This document shows, in pieces, positions 54,699-64,000 of a stretch of DNA of 64,000 nt; the stretch's first letter is position 1, and each line of letters opens with the position of its first letter. This DNA is from Anaerolineales bacterium. GTDB taxonomy: Bacteria > Chloroflexota > Anaerolineae > Anaerolineales > UBA11579. Both the position numbers and the translations under genes were made by a program. The stretch lies in assembly GCA_025450445.1 (NCBI GenBank), contig JANWHN010000076.1, positions 2,859-66,858 of the forward strand, in the 5' to 3' direction. A model generated the notes under the pieces. The model searched no databases. It had not been told where the DNA came from and saw only the letters and a program-made list of their open reading frames with translations.

Positions 54699-55769
54699 TC
54701 ATGAAGGCATCGACATGTGCTTAAGGGCGAGTTTGTAAGCCATGTCAAGGCCTTTTTTATTGCGGGTCCAGTTGGCGCGATCCTCCGCGGTTTTGCGCGC
54801 CTGCGCGGCAATGGCTTTCAATTTTTTATTTTGCATCGCTGACAGAATCTTATCTGCAAGATCTTTTTCGTTGCCCGATTTAAAAAGCCAACCTTCTTTG
54901 CCAGTATGGACCCACTCGCGATTGCTGGGAATGTCCGAGACCAACGCGGGCAAGCTGCTGGCGAGGCCTTCCATCAATGATACGGAAGAACCGTCGCTGA
55001 GGGAGCCGCTGAGATACATGTCGGCGGCGCGATAAAAAGAAGGCAGCTCATCTTGTGAAATGTGACCCACAAAATGGACGCGATCCTGGAGCCCGGAGCG
55101 AGCGACGATGCTTTTGACACGGGGGGCGAGACTGCCAGCGCCCGGCATCATCAGACGCAAACGTGGCTGCGATGCGGCGGCGCGCAGGAAGCCGCGGACC
55201 ACCGTTTCGGGATCGTATAAAGTTTCCCAACTGCGAAGATGCAACAAGACAAACATATTTTGCCAGCCAAGTTTTTTGCGCAAGCCGCTATCGGGGCCGG
55301 GAGAGAAACGCTTAAGGTTTACGCCCCAAGGGAACGAGACGATGCGATCTGCAGGGAAACCTAGCTTTTCGGCTGCATGCTGGACGGTTTCGCAATCGCA
55401 AATCAATGCGTCACCTTTTTTTAGCGCGTAGGAAACCCGGGCGCGAATAAAAGCGTTGCGTTTGGCGTAGTGAAGAATGTCAGAACCCCAAGACATTTGG
55501 ACCAGCGGGTGAAAATCGCGCTTGGCGGCAAGGTAGCTGCAAGTATCCAATGATCCGGCGTGGATGAGATCGGGTTTGATATCGGAAACGAGTTTGCGCA
55601 GGCTGCCGGTCCAGTGCAGCGCCTGGGTGCCTTCAGGCAGCGGGCGCGATTCGCTGGTTTTGTCAGTGATGAGTTTCAGGAAGAATGGCTGATGCCCGGC
55701 TTCAGCAATCGCGGTTAGGAAGCGATGATCGTGCGGTGTGTAGGCTCGGCTGAAGTAGAGGACACGCAT
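54699..55769 (-). CDS. GT4-family (GT-B, Glycos_transf_1) glycosyltransferase
   Basis: 356 aa with a C-terminal ...GSLSDGSSVSLMEGLASSLPALVSDIPSNREWV (EX7E-type region). Confidence 0.9.
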   Translation of the reverse strand: MRVLYFSRAYTPHDHRFLTAIAEAGHQPFFLKLITDKTSESRPLPEGTQALHWTGSLRKLVSDIKPDLIHAGSLDTCSYLAAKRDFHPLVQMSWGSDILHYAKRNAFIRARVSYALKKGDALICDCETVQHAAEKLGFPADRIVSFPWGVNLKRFSPGPDSGLRKKLGWQNMFVLLHLRSWETLYDPETVVRGFLRAAASQPRLRLMMPGAGSLAPRVKSIVARSGLQDRVHFVGHISQDELPSFYRAADMYLSGSLSDGSSVSLMEGLASSLPALVSDIPSNREWVHTGKEGWLFKSGNEKDLADKILSAMQNKKLKAIAAQARKTAEDRANWTRNKKGLDMAYKLALKHMSMPS

Positions 55770-55845
55770 TTTTACAAAAATAGAGGGGCGGTGTTACAGC
55801 AGGAGGGCTTGCGAAAATTGGTTATTCTGAAGAGAAGGTTGTAGG

Positions 55846-55907
55846 GATTCCTCGCTGTGCGGGTTCGGTGATTCTGGTGAGGGTTTTCGAAGGACGCTCG
55901 GAATGAC
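55846..55907 (-). repeat. short hairpin-type intergenic repeat (copy 4, long form)
   Basis: Minus strand reads GTCATTCCGAGcgtccttcgaaaaccctcaccagaatcaccgaacccgcacagcGAGGAATC, with inverted termini ATTCC/GGAAT. Confidence 0.55.
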
Positions 55908-55917
55908 AAGGGAAAGG

Positions 55918-55950
55918 GAATAACCGCCGGGAAAGCACCGGCGGTTATTC
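55918..55950 (-). other. strong intercistronic hairpin (13-bp stem)
   Basis: GAATAACCGCCGG-gaaagca-CCGGCGGTTATTC, 28 nt after the neuB-like stop. There is no clear U-tract on either strand, so it could be a terminator, a processing site or a stabiliser. Confidence 0.5.
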
Positions 55951-55977
55951 GATTCGAAGCGATGTTTCGAGGGTTGT

Positions 55978-57042
55978 TCACATCAAATCCGAAGAGCGGA
56001 GTTCTTTGCCGTACGGCAAATCTGCGACGGCTTTTTTGCCGAGAACGCCTGGGATATCCCAAGCCATGAGTGCGCCAGGGGTGGCAGGGCGCAAGACCTC
56101 AAGCATATCTTCGCTGAAAGTTTCGCCCTTTTTCACGTCGCGCGAAACGCGCAAGCAATGACGCTGGACGATGTAGGTGTCTTTTTCGTTTTCGGCGACA
56201 AATTTTTCGGAGGAGCCGAGGGCGCGTTCCAGGATGCGGACCTCGGCGACCATGTGCGCCCAGTTTTCGGGATTGAGGGCGAACTTATGATCGGGGCCTT
56301 CGCGGTCGTTGCTATCGGTGAAGTGGCGTTCGATGACGCGTGCGCCAAGCGCAACTGCCCCAACAACCGGAGCAGCGGATTGGGTGTGATCTGAAAGGCC
56401 GAGAATCACATCGGGCCAAAGTTGGGCGTAAGTTTTGAGGACGTTCAAATGTAAATGGTCATAATTGCTTTCGGCAGCAGTGTAGTTGGTATTGCACTGC
56501 ATCAGCACGAGTTGCTTGTTGACCTTGCTGACCATGTCCATAGTGCGTTTGACATCATCGAGGTTGGAGTCGCCGGTGGCGATGAGGACGGGCTTGCCAA
56601 ACTCTGCCATGCGCACGATGGCTTGCGGCCACGAGATGAGGCTGGAACCTGCTTTGTATGCGGGCACATACGGATCGAGCATTTCGATGGCTTCGTGATC
56701 GTAGGGCGATGAAAAATAGTGGATTCCAAATTCATCGCATGCGTCTTTCAGCGTGGGCGTCCATTCGAAAGGAACGGCGGCGTCTTCGTAGACCTCGAAA
56801 ACGCTTTTCTTCCAGGCAGCTTGATGCGATAAACGTTCGCCAAGATTCTTGAAACCATAATCGGAAACGATCTTGGGGGCGCGGAAATTTTGGAACTTGG
56901 CCGCGTCGGCGCCGGCCAGCTTGGCAAGGCGAATCAGCTCGACGGCGCGCTTAAGATCGCCGTCGTGGTTAGCAGCAATATCAGCGATGAAGTATGTGGG
57001 GTGGCTGGGACCGACCTTGCGGCCCTGAATTTCAATGTCCAT
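55978..57042 (-). CDS. NeuB/PseI/LegI-family nonulosonic acid synthase (full length with SAF domain)
   Basis: PTYFIADIAANHDGDLKRAVELIRLAKLAGADAAKFQNF, plus C-terminal VSRDVKKGETFSEDMLEVLRP (SAF). Confidence 0.9.
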   Translation of the reverse strand: MDIEIQGRKVGPSHPTYFIADIAANHDGDLKRAVELIRLAKLAGADAAKFQNFRAPKIVSDYGFKNLGERLSHQAAWKKSVFEVYEDAAVPFEWTPTLKDACDEFGIHYFSSPYDHEAIEMLDPYVPAYKAGSSLISWPQAIVRMAEFGKPVLIATGDSNLDDVKRTMDMVSKVNKQLVLMQCNTNYTAAESNYDHLHLNVLKTYAQLWPDVILGLSDHTQSAAPVVGAVALGARVIERHFTDSNDREGPDHKFALNPENWAHMVAEVRILERALGSSEKFVAENEKDTYIVQRHCLRVSRDVKKGETFSEDMLEVLRPATPGALMAWDIPGVLGKKAVADLPYGKELRSSDLM

Positions 57043-57051
57043 CGCTTATCC

Positions 57052-57981
57052 CTAGACCGCTTCGCGAACTGCAGCCAAAGACTGCAGTCTGGCCCGGTAC
57101 CCTGACTCGTGCAAGGCAAATAATTTCTCGATGCCATCGGCGACGGTGGGCATGCGGCGGCCGATAGCTTTGGCTATTTTTGAGGTCTTGAGGGTGAGAT
57201 TGGAAGAGCGAGGCGCGCCGCCGTTGGTTTCGGTGGCGGCGGACTTGATCAAGTCCGGATCCAGTCCAAAGCGTTTTGCGATGGCCTGACCGAACTCAAA
57301 CTTGGTGAGCGAATCGGAGGCGGCGACATGCCAGATACCGCGCAAATTGCTGGCGAGCATATCGAGCAAGACGGCGGCGAGATCATTTACCAAGATGGGG
57401 CAGAAGAGGCGATCGATGAAACCCTGGACCGGTTTGCCTGAAACTAAATTGTTGTAGAAAAATTCCGCCAGGCTGCGGTTACCGGCAATACTCCAGCCGA
57501 AAAAGTTTGGACGGACGATGATGGTGCCGGGGTGAGCGGATTTAGCAGCCAGCTCCGATAGACGCTTGGTGCGACCGTAGACATTGATGGGCGAAGGCGA
57601 ATCTTCTTCGCGGTAATTGCCTTTGGAGCCATCGAAGACGGCGTCGGTGGATATGTGCATGAAGCGCAGCTTGCGCTTGCCCGCTTCGGCGGCGAGCCGG
57701 CCCGGCATCTCGGCGTTGAGGCGCCGAGCGAGCTCGGGTTGGCGCTCACAGGTATCCAAGTTGGCTAGCGCGGCGCAGTTAATAACCCAGTCCGGCTTGG
57801 TCTGCTCTAGCACCGCGGTTATCGCATCTGGTTCAAGCAAATCGGCCTGGATGGTTTCGAAACCGAGATCTCGAAACTCAGCGTTGTGCACAACGCCAAC
57901 GACATCGTATTTGGCGACGGCTTCGAGAGCGAGGTTGATGCCGAGCAGACCGCTGGCACCCGTGATCAGAATGCGGGTCAC
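57052..57981 (-). CDS. RmlD-like NAD(P)H-dependent sugar nucleotide 4-reductase
   Basis: ILITGASGLLGINLALE and ISTDAVFDGSKGNYREED (RmlD substrate-binding pattern). Confidence 0.85.
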   Translation of the reverse strand: MTRILITGASGLLGINLALEAVAKYDVVGVVHNAEFRDLGFETIQADLLEPDAITAVLEQTKPDWVINCAALANLDTCERQPELARRLNAEMPGRLAAEAGKRKLRFMHISTDAVFDGSKGNYREEDSPSPINVYGRTKRLSELAAKSAHPGTIIVRPNFFGWSIAGNRSLAEFFYNNLVSGKPVQGFIDRLFCPILVNDLAAVLLDMLASNLRGIWHVAASDSLTKFEFGQAIAKRFGLDPDLIKSAATETNGGAPRSSNLTLKTSKIAKAIGRRMPTVADGIEKLFALHESGYRARLQSLAAVREAV

Positions 57982-58985
57982 GCCAGCTTGCCTGCTTTGA
58001 TCTCCGCTTCGATCGGAGCGACCATATCGCGGATCTGGGTGAGCGAAAGTTTTTCAGGATTTTCGTCGCTGGAATAATAGAAACCGACGGGGAGAGGCTT
58101 GCCCTGTTTCTCCCAGGACTTTACAAACCAAGGGCCCAGGGCAGGTTGAATCACATACATATCTTTTAATTCAACGGCAGTGCGGGCTTCGTCTTCTGAA
58201 ATAAGGACTTCATGAAGTTTTTCTCCGGGACGAATGCCGACAATGTCGTATTTGGCATCCGGGGCAATGGCTTTAGCCAGATCCAAAAGGGAGGTGCTGG
58301 GCAACTTGGGAACGAAGACTTCGCCGCCTTGCATGACCTCGATGCAATGCAACACGAAGCGCACGCCTTGTTCGAGAGACAACCAGAAGCGGGTCATGCG
58401 CTCATCGGTGATGCTTAGCTTGCCATTGGAGCGCTGGCGGAGAAAGGTCGGCACCACGGAGCCGCGGCTGCCAACGACGTTGCCGTAGCGGACGCAACTG
58501 AAGCGCGCTGGCCGATCTCCGGAATATGCATTGCTTTGCACGGTGAGTTTTTCGGCGGCCAGCTTGGTGGCGCCATAAAGATTTACGGGACTGACGGCCT
58601 TATCGGTGCTGAGCGCCAAAACTTTGCTGACGCCGGTTTCCAGCGCGGCCTCAACCACATTAGCAGTGCCGAGAATATTGGTGTTGATGGCTTCCATCGG
58701 GTTGTATTCACAGGCGGGAACCTGCTTGAGTGCAGCAGCATGGACGACAACCGTGACGCCGTCCATGGCGCGCTTCAGGCGCGCCTGATCGCGCACATCG
58801 CCAATGAAGTAGCGCAAGTTGGGTTGATCGAAGCCGGCGGCACGCATATCGTGCTGCTTGAGCTCGTCGCGGCTAAAGACAATGACCTTGGCCGGCTTGT
58901 ATTCATCCTGCAGAATGCGAATGAAGGCCTTGCCGAACGAACCGGTGCCGCCGGTAACCAATACGACCTGTTTTTTCCAATCCAT
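57978..58985 (-). CDS. UDP-N-acetylglucosamine 4,6-dehydratase (PseB/FlaA1/CapE/WbvB-type, Polysacc_synt_2)
   Basis: VLVTGGTGSFGKAFIRIL and ALSTDKAVSPVNLYGATKLAAEKL (YxxxK). Confidence 0.9.
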   Translation of the reverse strand: MDWKKQVVLVTGGTGSFGKAFIRILQDEYKPAKVIVFSRDELKQHDMRAAGFDQPNLRYFIGDVRDQARLKRAMDGVTVVVHAAALKQVPACEYNPMEAINTNILGTANVVEAALETGVSKVLALSTDKAVSPVNLYGATKLAAEKLTVQSNAYSGDRPARFSCVRYGNVVGSRGSVVPTFLRQRSNGKLSITDERMTRFWLSLEQGVRFVLHCIEVMQGGEVFVPKLPSTSLLDLAKAIAPDAKYDIVGIRPGEKLHEVLISEDEARTAVELKDMYVIQPALGPWFVKSWEKQGKPLPVGFYYSSDENPEKLSLTQIRDMVAPIEAEIKAGKLA

Positions 58986-58994
58986 GCGACGCTC

Positions 58995-59840
58995 CTACTT
59001 ACTAATTACAACCAATGGATATAGTCCGCGTTCGCCAAAGAAACGCGGAAACAATTCTTCAAGCCGATAGAGGATACGCAGCCAAAAGCGACCGCCCCAC
59101 TCCTCGCGAATAAAGAAGCGCAAGACATTGGTGCTGGCGCTGCGCCAGACCAAAATGCGGAAGTTCAATTTACCTTTCAAGGCTTGCTTTAACCAAGCCG
59201 CGTCCTGTTTATTTACGAAAGTGCCTTTGTCTTCCTCATCATCCGGGCTGGCACCGTTCGATTTTTTCTTACGGCCTTTGAGCCAAGCTTTGATGCGGTC
59301 GAACAGTTCATTGAGCGACGAGTAGCCCCAGCCGTTGACGATGACGGCGCGATGGCCGGGGGCGAGGACGCGGTGGAGCTCGAGATAAGCCTGGACGTGC
59401 TGCGAAACGGGAAGGTGATGAATGGTGTGCAATGAGACGACCGCATCGAAAGCGTTAGGGGTGAAGGGCAAGCGAGATACGTCGGATACCACGAACAGCC
59501 CCTGATCGCCGATGCGATGGCGGGCGGCTTTGAGGGCGGTGATGGAGAGATCGGCGCAGACGCGTTTTTGAAAACCGCGCGAATAGTCAACGTATTCAGG
59601 ATATTGGATGGGGCCGGAGCCGGCATCGAGGAAGAGGCGGCCCTGCGAATCGATGTGGCGCATCACGCGCAGATGGCAGCGATGGATGTAGTCCTGCGAG
59701 ATCGGGCGCAGGTCTTCATAGCGGGCGTTCTGGTAGAGGCCGTCGGAGATCTCCTTCCAGCCGACGCGATCGTAGAACTCGCGCACCTGGCGCTGAATCT
59801 CGCGCTCGTCTTCCATGATCTCAGTCGGCATTTCAGTCAT
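58995..59840 (-). CDS. class I SAM-dependent methyltransferase
   Basis: ATG 59840 (MTEMPTEIMED). Motif I-like FLDAGSGPIQYPEY, then AVVSLHTIHHLP. Confidence 0.8.
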   Translation of the reverse strand: MTEMPTEIMEDEREIQRQVREFYDRVGWKEISDGLYQNARYEDLRPISQDYIHRCHLRVMRHIDSQGRLFLDAGSGPIQYPEYVDYSRGFQKRVCADLSITALKAARHRIGDQGLFVVSDVSRLPFTPNAFDAVVSLHTIHHLPVSQHVQAYLELHRVLAPGHRAVIVNGWGYSSLNELFDRIKAWLKGRKKKSNGASPDDEEDKGTFVNKQDAAWLKQALKGKLNFRILVWRSASTNVLRFFIREEWGGRFWLRILYRLEELFPRFFGERGLYPLVVISK

Positions 59841-60007
59841 GGGTGAAAAGTTCCACACTTTTGATTTTGCGCGAGGGTTCGAAAGAAGTGAAACGAAAAA
59901 CCCCTTCGCTAACAACGCTCGGCGATTCTGGTGCCGTATTAATGTTTCCGCTCAGGGAGACATATGAAGAGCGGACGCGGTGATTGTGACTTGGGTTTGA
60001 CATAAAC

Positions 60008-61594
60008 TCAGTTGGCATCCCAGCCAAAGGGATCTCCCGTCAGATAGCTGAAACTGTTTGCGTATTTTTCCTGCCCCGCAGCACTAAAAAGATCTGAGAG
60101 TGAAGTTGTTTCCAGATCCTTGGAAAAGTGGAGCAGGTGCCAAGGAAACGGCTGCGGATAATCGAAAAAGAAGCGGTAGGCATAATGCCAGGCCTGATCA
60201 ATTTTTGCCCGGCTGAGCCGAGCGGTGGGTAGATCGGATAAAGCAGTTTCGAGTTGGGCGAAATAATCTTCCCAAGATTCTGGATCAATAGTGAAACCCT
60301 TGGCGCGGTAATGGGTGCGTCCAGCAACGATCACCGGAACGCCGGTCATAGCCATCTCCAATCCCACGGTGGTGGTGTAGACGAGGCCAAGATCGGCGAT
60401 GGAAGCCAGGTCGTAAGTATTGACCGGATCACCAGCGGACACGACGCGCATGTGCTCGGGGAGCTGGGAGAGTTCCTGGCGGACGAGATCGGCGACTGAA
60501 GGACCGTCGAGGTTTTTCTCGCCGGGATGGACGCGCAGGACGAATTGCAGATCAGGACGGGCGGCGAAAAAGGCAAGGGTGCGGCATAGCCAGGTGCTCA
60601 TGTCGCCGGTGAAGGCGGCCCGACCCAGGGTGAGGCTGTCGCCGATGACGTTGGCGGCCAGCAAAACGATCGGGCGCTGATCGAGACCCAGCTTCGTGCG
60701 GACCGCGTCGGCGCCTTCAGAAGGAATATCCTGCCATTTGCGGTAAAAGTTCTGGAACAAACCGGCGTCGGCGCGGGTAGCGAACAGTTCTTCGACCTTG
60801 GCGCGTTGAGCGTCTGAAAATGGCTCGTCTTTTTTGGCAGTCCACATCGCATCAGTTTCCTGAAGCATGACCGGGCTGTTGCGAGAGAGCCAGATGCGAT
60901 CGCGTTGTTCGCCGAATTCGTAACTGACGACAGGGATATCCAGGTGGCGGGCGGTGTGAAAGATGGCGCCGAATTCAAGAATGAGCCCGTTCGGCAGAAT
61001 AACTACGTCCGGCTTTTCGCGAGTGAGCCAAGCCAGCGCGGCGGAAGCAGCGGCCCGATTGCGCTGCAGACGAAACTGAAAGAGATCGGATCGCTGATCG
61101 ACCTCTTCAATCTGGAGCGTGTATTGCGCGTCCATCAAGGAAACATGCTCGATGTGCGCGTCAAGAACTTTGGGAAAGGGCGCGGTTGCAGCAGTTGAAA
61201 AAGATTGAATGTTCAAAAGTTTTTCCGCGGGTTTGAAAACTTTGCGGGCGTAGGCTTCGCGACGGCGCAGATCGAACTTGCTGACGGGTTTCTTCCAGTT
61301 CGAATACGGCAAATAAGCCAGCGAAACATCATGACCCAAGCCGGCAAGGGCCAGCGACATGAGGGTGGCGTGGCTGATCCAATAGTGGAGGGTGGAGAAA
61401 AGCAACACCTTGTGACCAGGCTGATCGCGCAGCGGAGAAGCTGTGGCCTGCTGTACCCAGCCGGGCAACGATTGCTCAAGCTCCTCGAGCTTGAAGCCGT
61501 CCATGCCGGCACGGCGGCCGCGCAGCACCCAATCGAGCTCGGCGGTGAGGGGTAGTTCGCCGAGGACGCGGGTAATGCGATCTCTGGTAAGCAT
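60008..61594 (-). CDS. capsule-biosynthesis-like (KpsC/KpsS, GT-B type) protein, paralogue 3
   Basis: 528 aa with VVILPNGLILEFGAIFHTARHLDIPVVSYEFG, FVLRVHPGEKN and LVYTTTVGLEMAMTGVPVIV, colinear with 37193..38773. Confidence 0.5.
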   Translation of the reverse strand: MLTRDRITRVLGELPLTAELDWVLRGRRAGMDGFKLEELEQSLPGWVQQATASPLRDQPGHKVLLFSTLHYWISHATLMSLALAGLGHDVSLAYLPYSNWKKPVSKFDLRRREAYARKVFKPAEKLLNIQSFSTAATAPFPKVLDAHIEHVSLMDAQYTLQIEEVDQRSDLFQFRLQRNRAAASAALAWLTREKPDVVILPNGLILEFGAIFHTARHLDIPVVSYEFGEQRDRIWLSRNSPVMLQETDAMWTAKKDEPFSDAQRAKVEELFATRADAGLFQNFYRKWQDIPSEGADAVRTKLGLDQRPIVLLAANVIGDSLTLGRAAFTGDMSTWLCRTLAFFAARPDLQFVLRVHPGEKNLDGPSVADLVRQELSQLPEHMRVVSAGDPVNTYDLASIADLGLVYTTTVGLEMAMTGVPVIVAGRTHYRAKGFTIDPESWEDYFAQLETALSDLPTARLSRAKIDQAWHYAYRFFFDYPQPFPWHLLHFSKDLETTSLSDLFSAAGQEKYANSFSYLTGDPFGWDAN

Positions 61595-62887
<1,293 letters not shown>

Positions 62888-63745
62888 CTAGACGGTATCC
62901 GCAAAAGTGCGCTCCATGTTGCGGAAATAGATCAGGCCGGTGACGAGCAAGGTGATGGCGGTGACGATCGAAATCCACAGGGTGTCAGTGGAATAGATGG
63001 GCGTGCCGAGGAGCGCGGCGCGGAAGCCTTCGATCACGCCGACCATCGGGTTGAGGGCGAAGAGCCAATGCAAACCCTCGGGAATGCGGTCGTAGATCTC
63101 CTTGGCTTCGTAGGCGATGGGCGTGATCAGCATCCAGAATTGAGTAAGGAACGGGATGATGTATTTCACGTCGCGGTAGTGGACGTTGAGGGCGGATAGC
63201 CAGAGGCCGACGCCGAGAGCGGTGACCATCGAGAGGAGCATGTAGAAGGGCAAGGTCCAGATGGCTTCGTTGGGGAAGATGCCGTAATAAAACATCATGC
63301 CGACCAGGATGAGGAAGGCAATGGCGAAATCGAGGATGCCGCTGAGGATGTCGGAGAGGGGAATGATGAGGCGGGGAAAATAAACCTTGGTGATCATATT
63401 GCGATTGGTGACCAGAGAGCGGCCGGCGTCGCCGACGGCGTTGGCGAAAAGGTTCCAGGGCAGCAAGGCAGCGTAGGTAAAGATGGGGCGCGGGATGCCT
63501 GCGCTGGAGAGGCCGGCGATATTGCCGAAGATAAAGTTGAACACGAACATTTGCAGGAGGGGCTGCAGGATGGCCCAGGTGCCGCCGAGTAGGGTCTGCT
63601 TGTAGCGGACGAGGATGTCGCGCCAGGTGAGGAAGAAGATCAGCTCACGGAAGCGCCAAAGCTCGTGCAGGTCGAAGCCGGCTAGGCCGCGCTGCGGCTT
63701 GATGATCACGGTATCACTGGCTGCAGGGTTGGTAACCGCGCTCAC
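62888..63745 (-). CDS. wzm: polysaccharide ABC exporter permease (ABC-2 type, Wzm/TagG)
   Basis: 285 aa with a GTG start. [27 protein letters not shown] and six TMs. GTGA overlap with the upstream gene. Confidence 0.9.
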   Translation of the reverse strand: MSAVTNPAASDTVIIKPQRGLAGFDLHELWRFRELIFFLTWRDILVRYKQTLLGGTWAILQPLLQMFVFNFIFGNIAGLSSAGIPRPIFTYAALLPWNLFANAVGDAGRSLVTNRNMITKVYFPRLIIPLSDILSGILDFAIAFLILVGMMFYYGIFPNEAIWTLPFYMLLSMVTALGVGLWLSALNVHYRDVKYIIPFLTQFWMLITPIAYEAKEIYDRIPEGLHWLFALNPMVGVIEGFRAALLGTPIYSTDTLWISIVTAITLLVTGLIYFRNMERTFADTV

Positions 63746-64000
63746 TTAACGGCCACCTTGCGGTGCTCGCGGAACCAGTCGATCGTCTTGCGGAGGCCGT
63801 CTTCGAATTTGGTGGCGGCGCGGAAGCCAAAGTATTTTTCGGCGCGGCTCACGTCGAGGAGGCGGCGAGGCTGGCCGTTGGGCTGGGAGGTGTCCCAGAC
63901 GAACTCACCTGAGTAGCCGGTGAGCTTGCCGATTAATTCGGCTAAGTCCTTGATGCTGATCTCATGGCCTGAGCCGAGGTTGACGGGTTCGTCGCCGTTG
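63742..64000 (-). CDS. fcl: GDP-L-fucose synthase (GDP-4-keto-6-deoxymannose 3,5-epimerase/4-reductase), C-terminal fragment; gene continues beyond the window
   Basis: Manual minus-strand translation: ...[79 protein letters not shown]. It is colinear with the Fcl C-terminus (D.SKPDGTPRKLLDV). Confidence 0.8.
   Translation of the reverse strand, partial: NGDEPVNLGSGHEISIKDLAELIGKLTGYSGEFVWDTSQPNGQPRRLLDVSRAEKYFGFRAATKFEDGLRKTIDWFREHRKVAVK

Noticed and set aside
55772-56062. 96-aa ORF in the GT4/neuB intergenic gap
   Set aside because: It is generated by the hairpin repeat and the 13-bp-stem palindrome. It overlaps the neuB 3' end and is highly basic and low-complexity.

Overview
GC-rich bacterial chromosomal window, about 70 supportable features. 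I saw no rRNA, tRNA, CRISPR array, transposase or integrase. The gene style (YtxH protein, promoters abutting start codons, Thr-rich sorted surface protein, structured pan-operon leader) would fit a Chloroflexota-like organism, but taxonomy cannot be proven from the sequence.

Layout:
- 0.1-3.9 kb: hypothetical membrane protein, DegT-type sugar aminotransferase, DUF92 protein and PH-domain membrane protein.
- 3.98-11.5 kb: a translationally coupled nine-gene plus-strand operon of unrecognisable membrane/envelope proteins. It is built around a GlmL/MutL-like actin-fold ATPase and ends in a Thr-rich protein with an LPDSG + TM + RRLR C-terminal sorting signal.
- 11.6-17.3 kb: minus-strand panB-panE-panC-coaX-(ATP-grasp)-coaBC operon, preceded by a roughly 170-nt structured leader with an intrinsic terminator.
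- 17.4-18.8 kb: orphan sulfotransferase, YtxH gene and short hairpin repeats.
- 18.8-64 kb: a very large glycan assembly locus, almost entirely on the minus strand with overlapping stop/start codons. It encodes a PAPS synthase (sat-cysC fusion), four further sulfotransferase domains (five in the window with the orphan; one fused to a GT2) and two NeuB-type nonulosonic-acid synthases. It also has three cytidylyltransferases (one fused to a KdsC-like phosphatase), a PseB-like dehydratase and RmlD-like reductase, and several GT2/GT4/GT-C enzymes. Three paralogous capsule-synthesis-like proteins, a Wzy_C-type ligase, a Wzz-like protein, Wzm/Wzt ABC export and a partial Fcl complete it.

The most unusual element is a SerRS-like amino-acid:carrier-protein ligase plus its carrier protein, with GNAT, AAC(3)-like and DUF4910 genes, embedded in this locus. 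All functional calls rest on motif recognition by eye. No searches were run.
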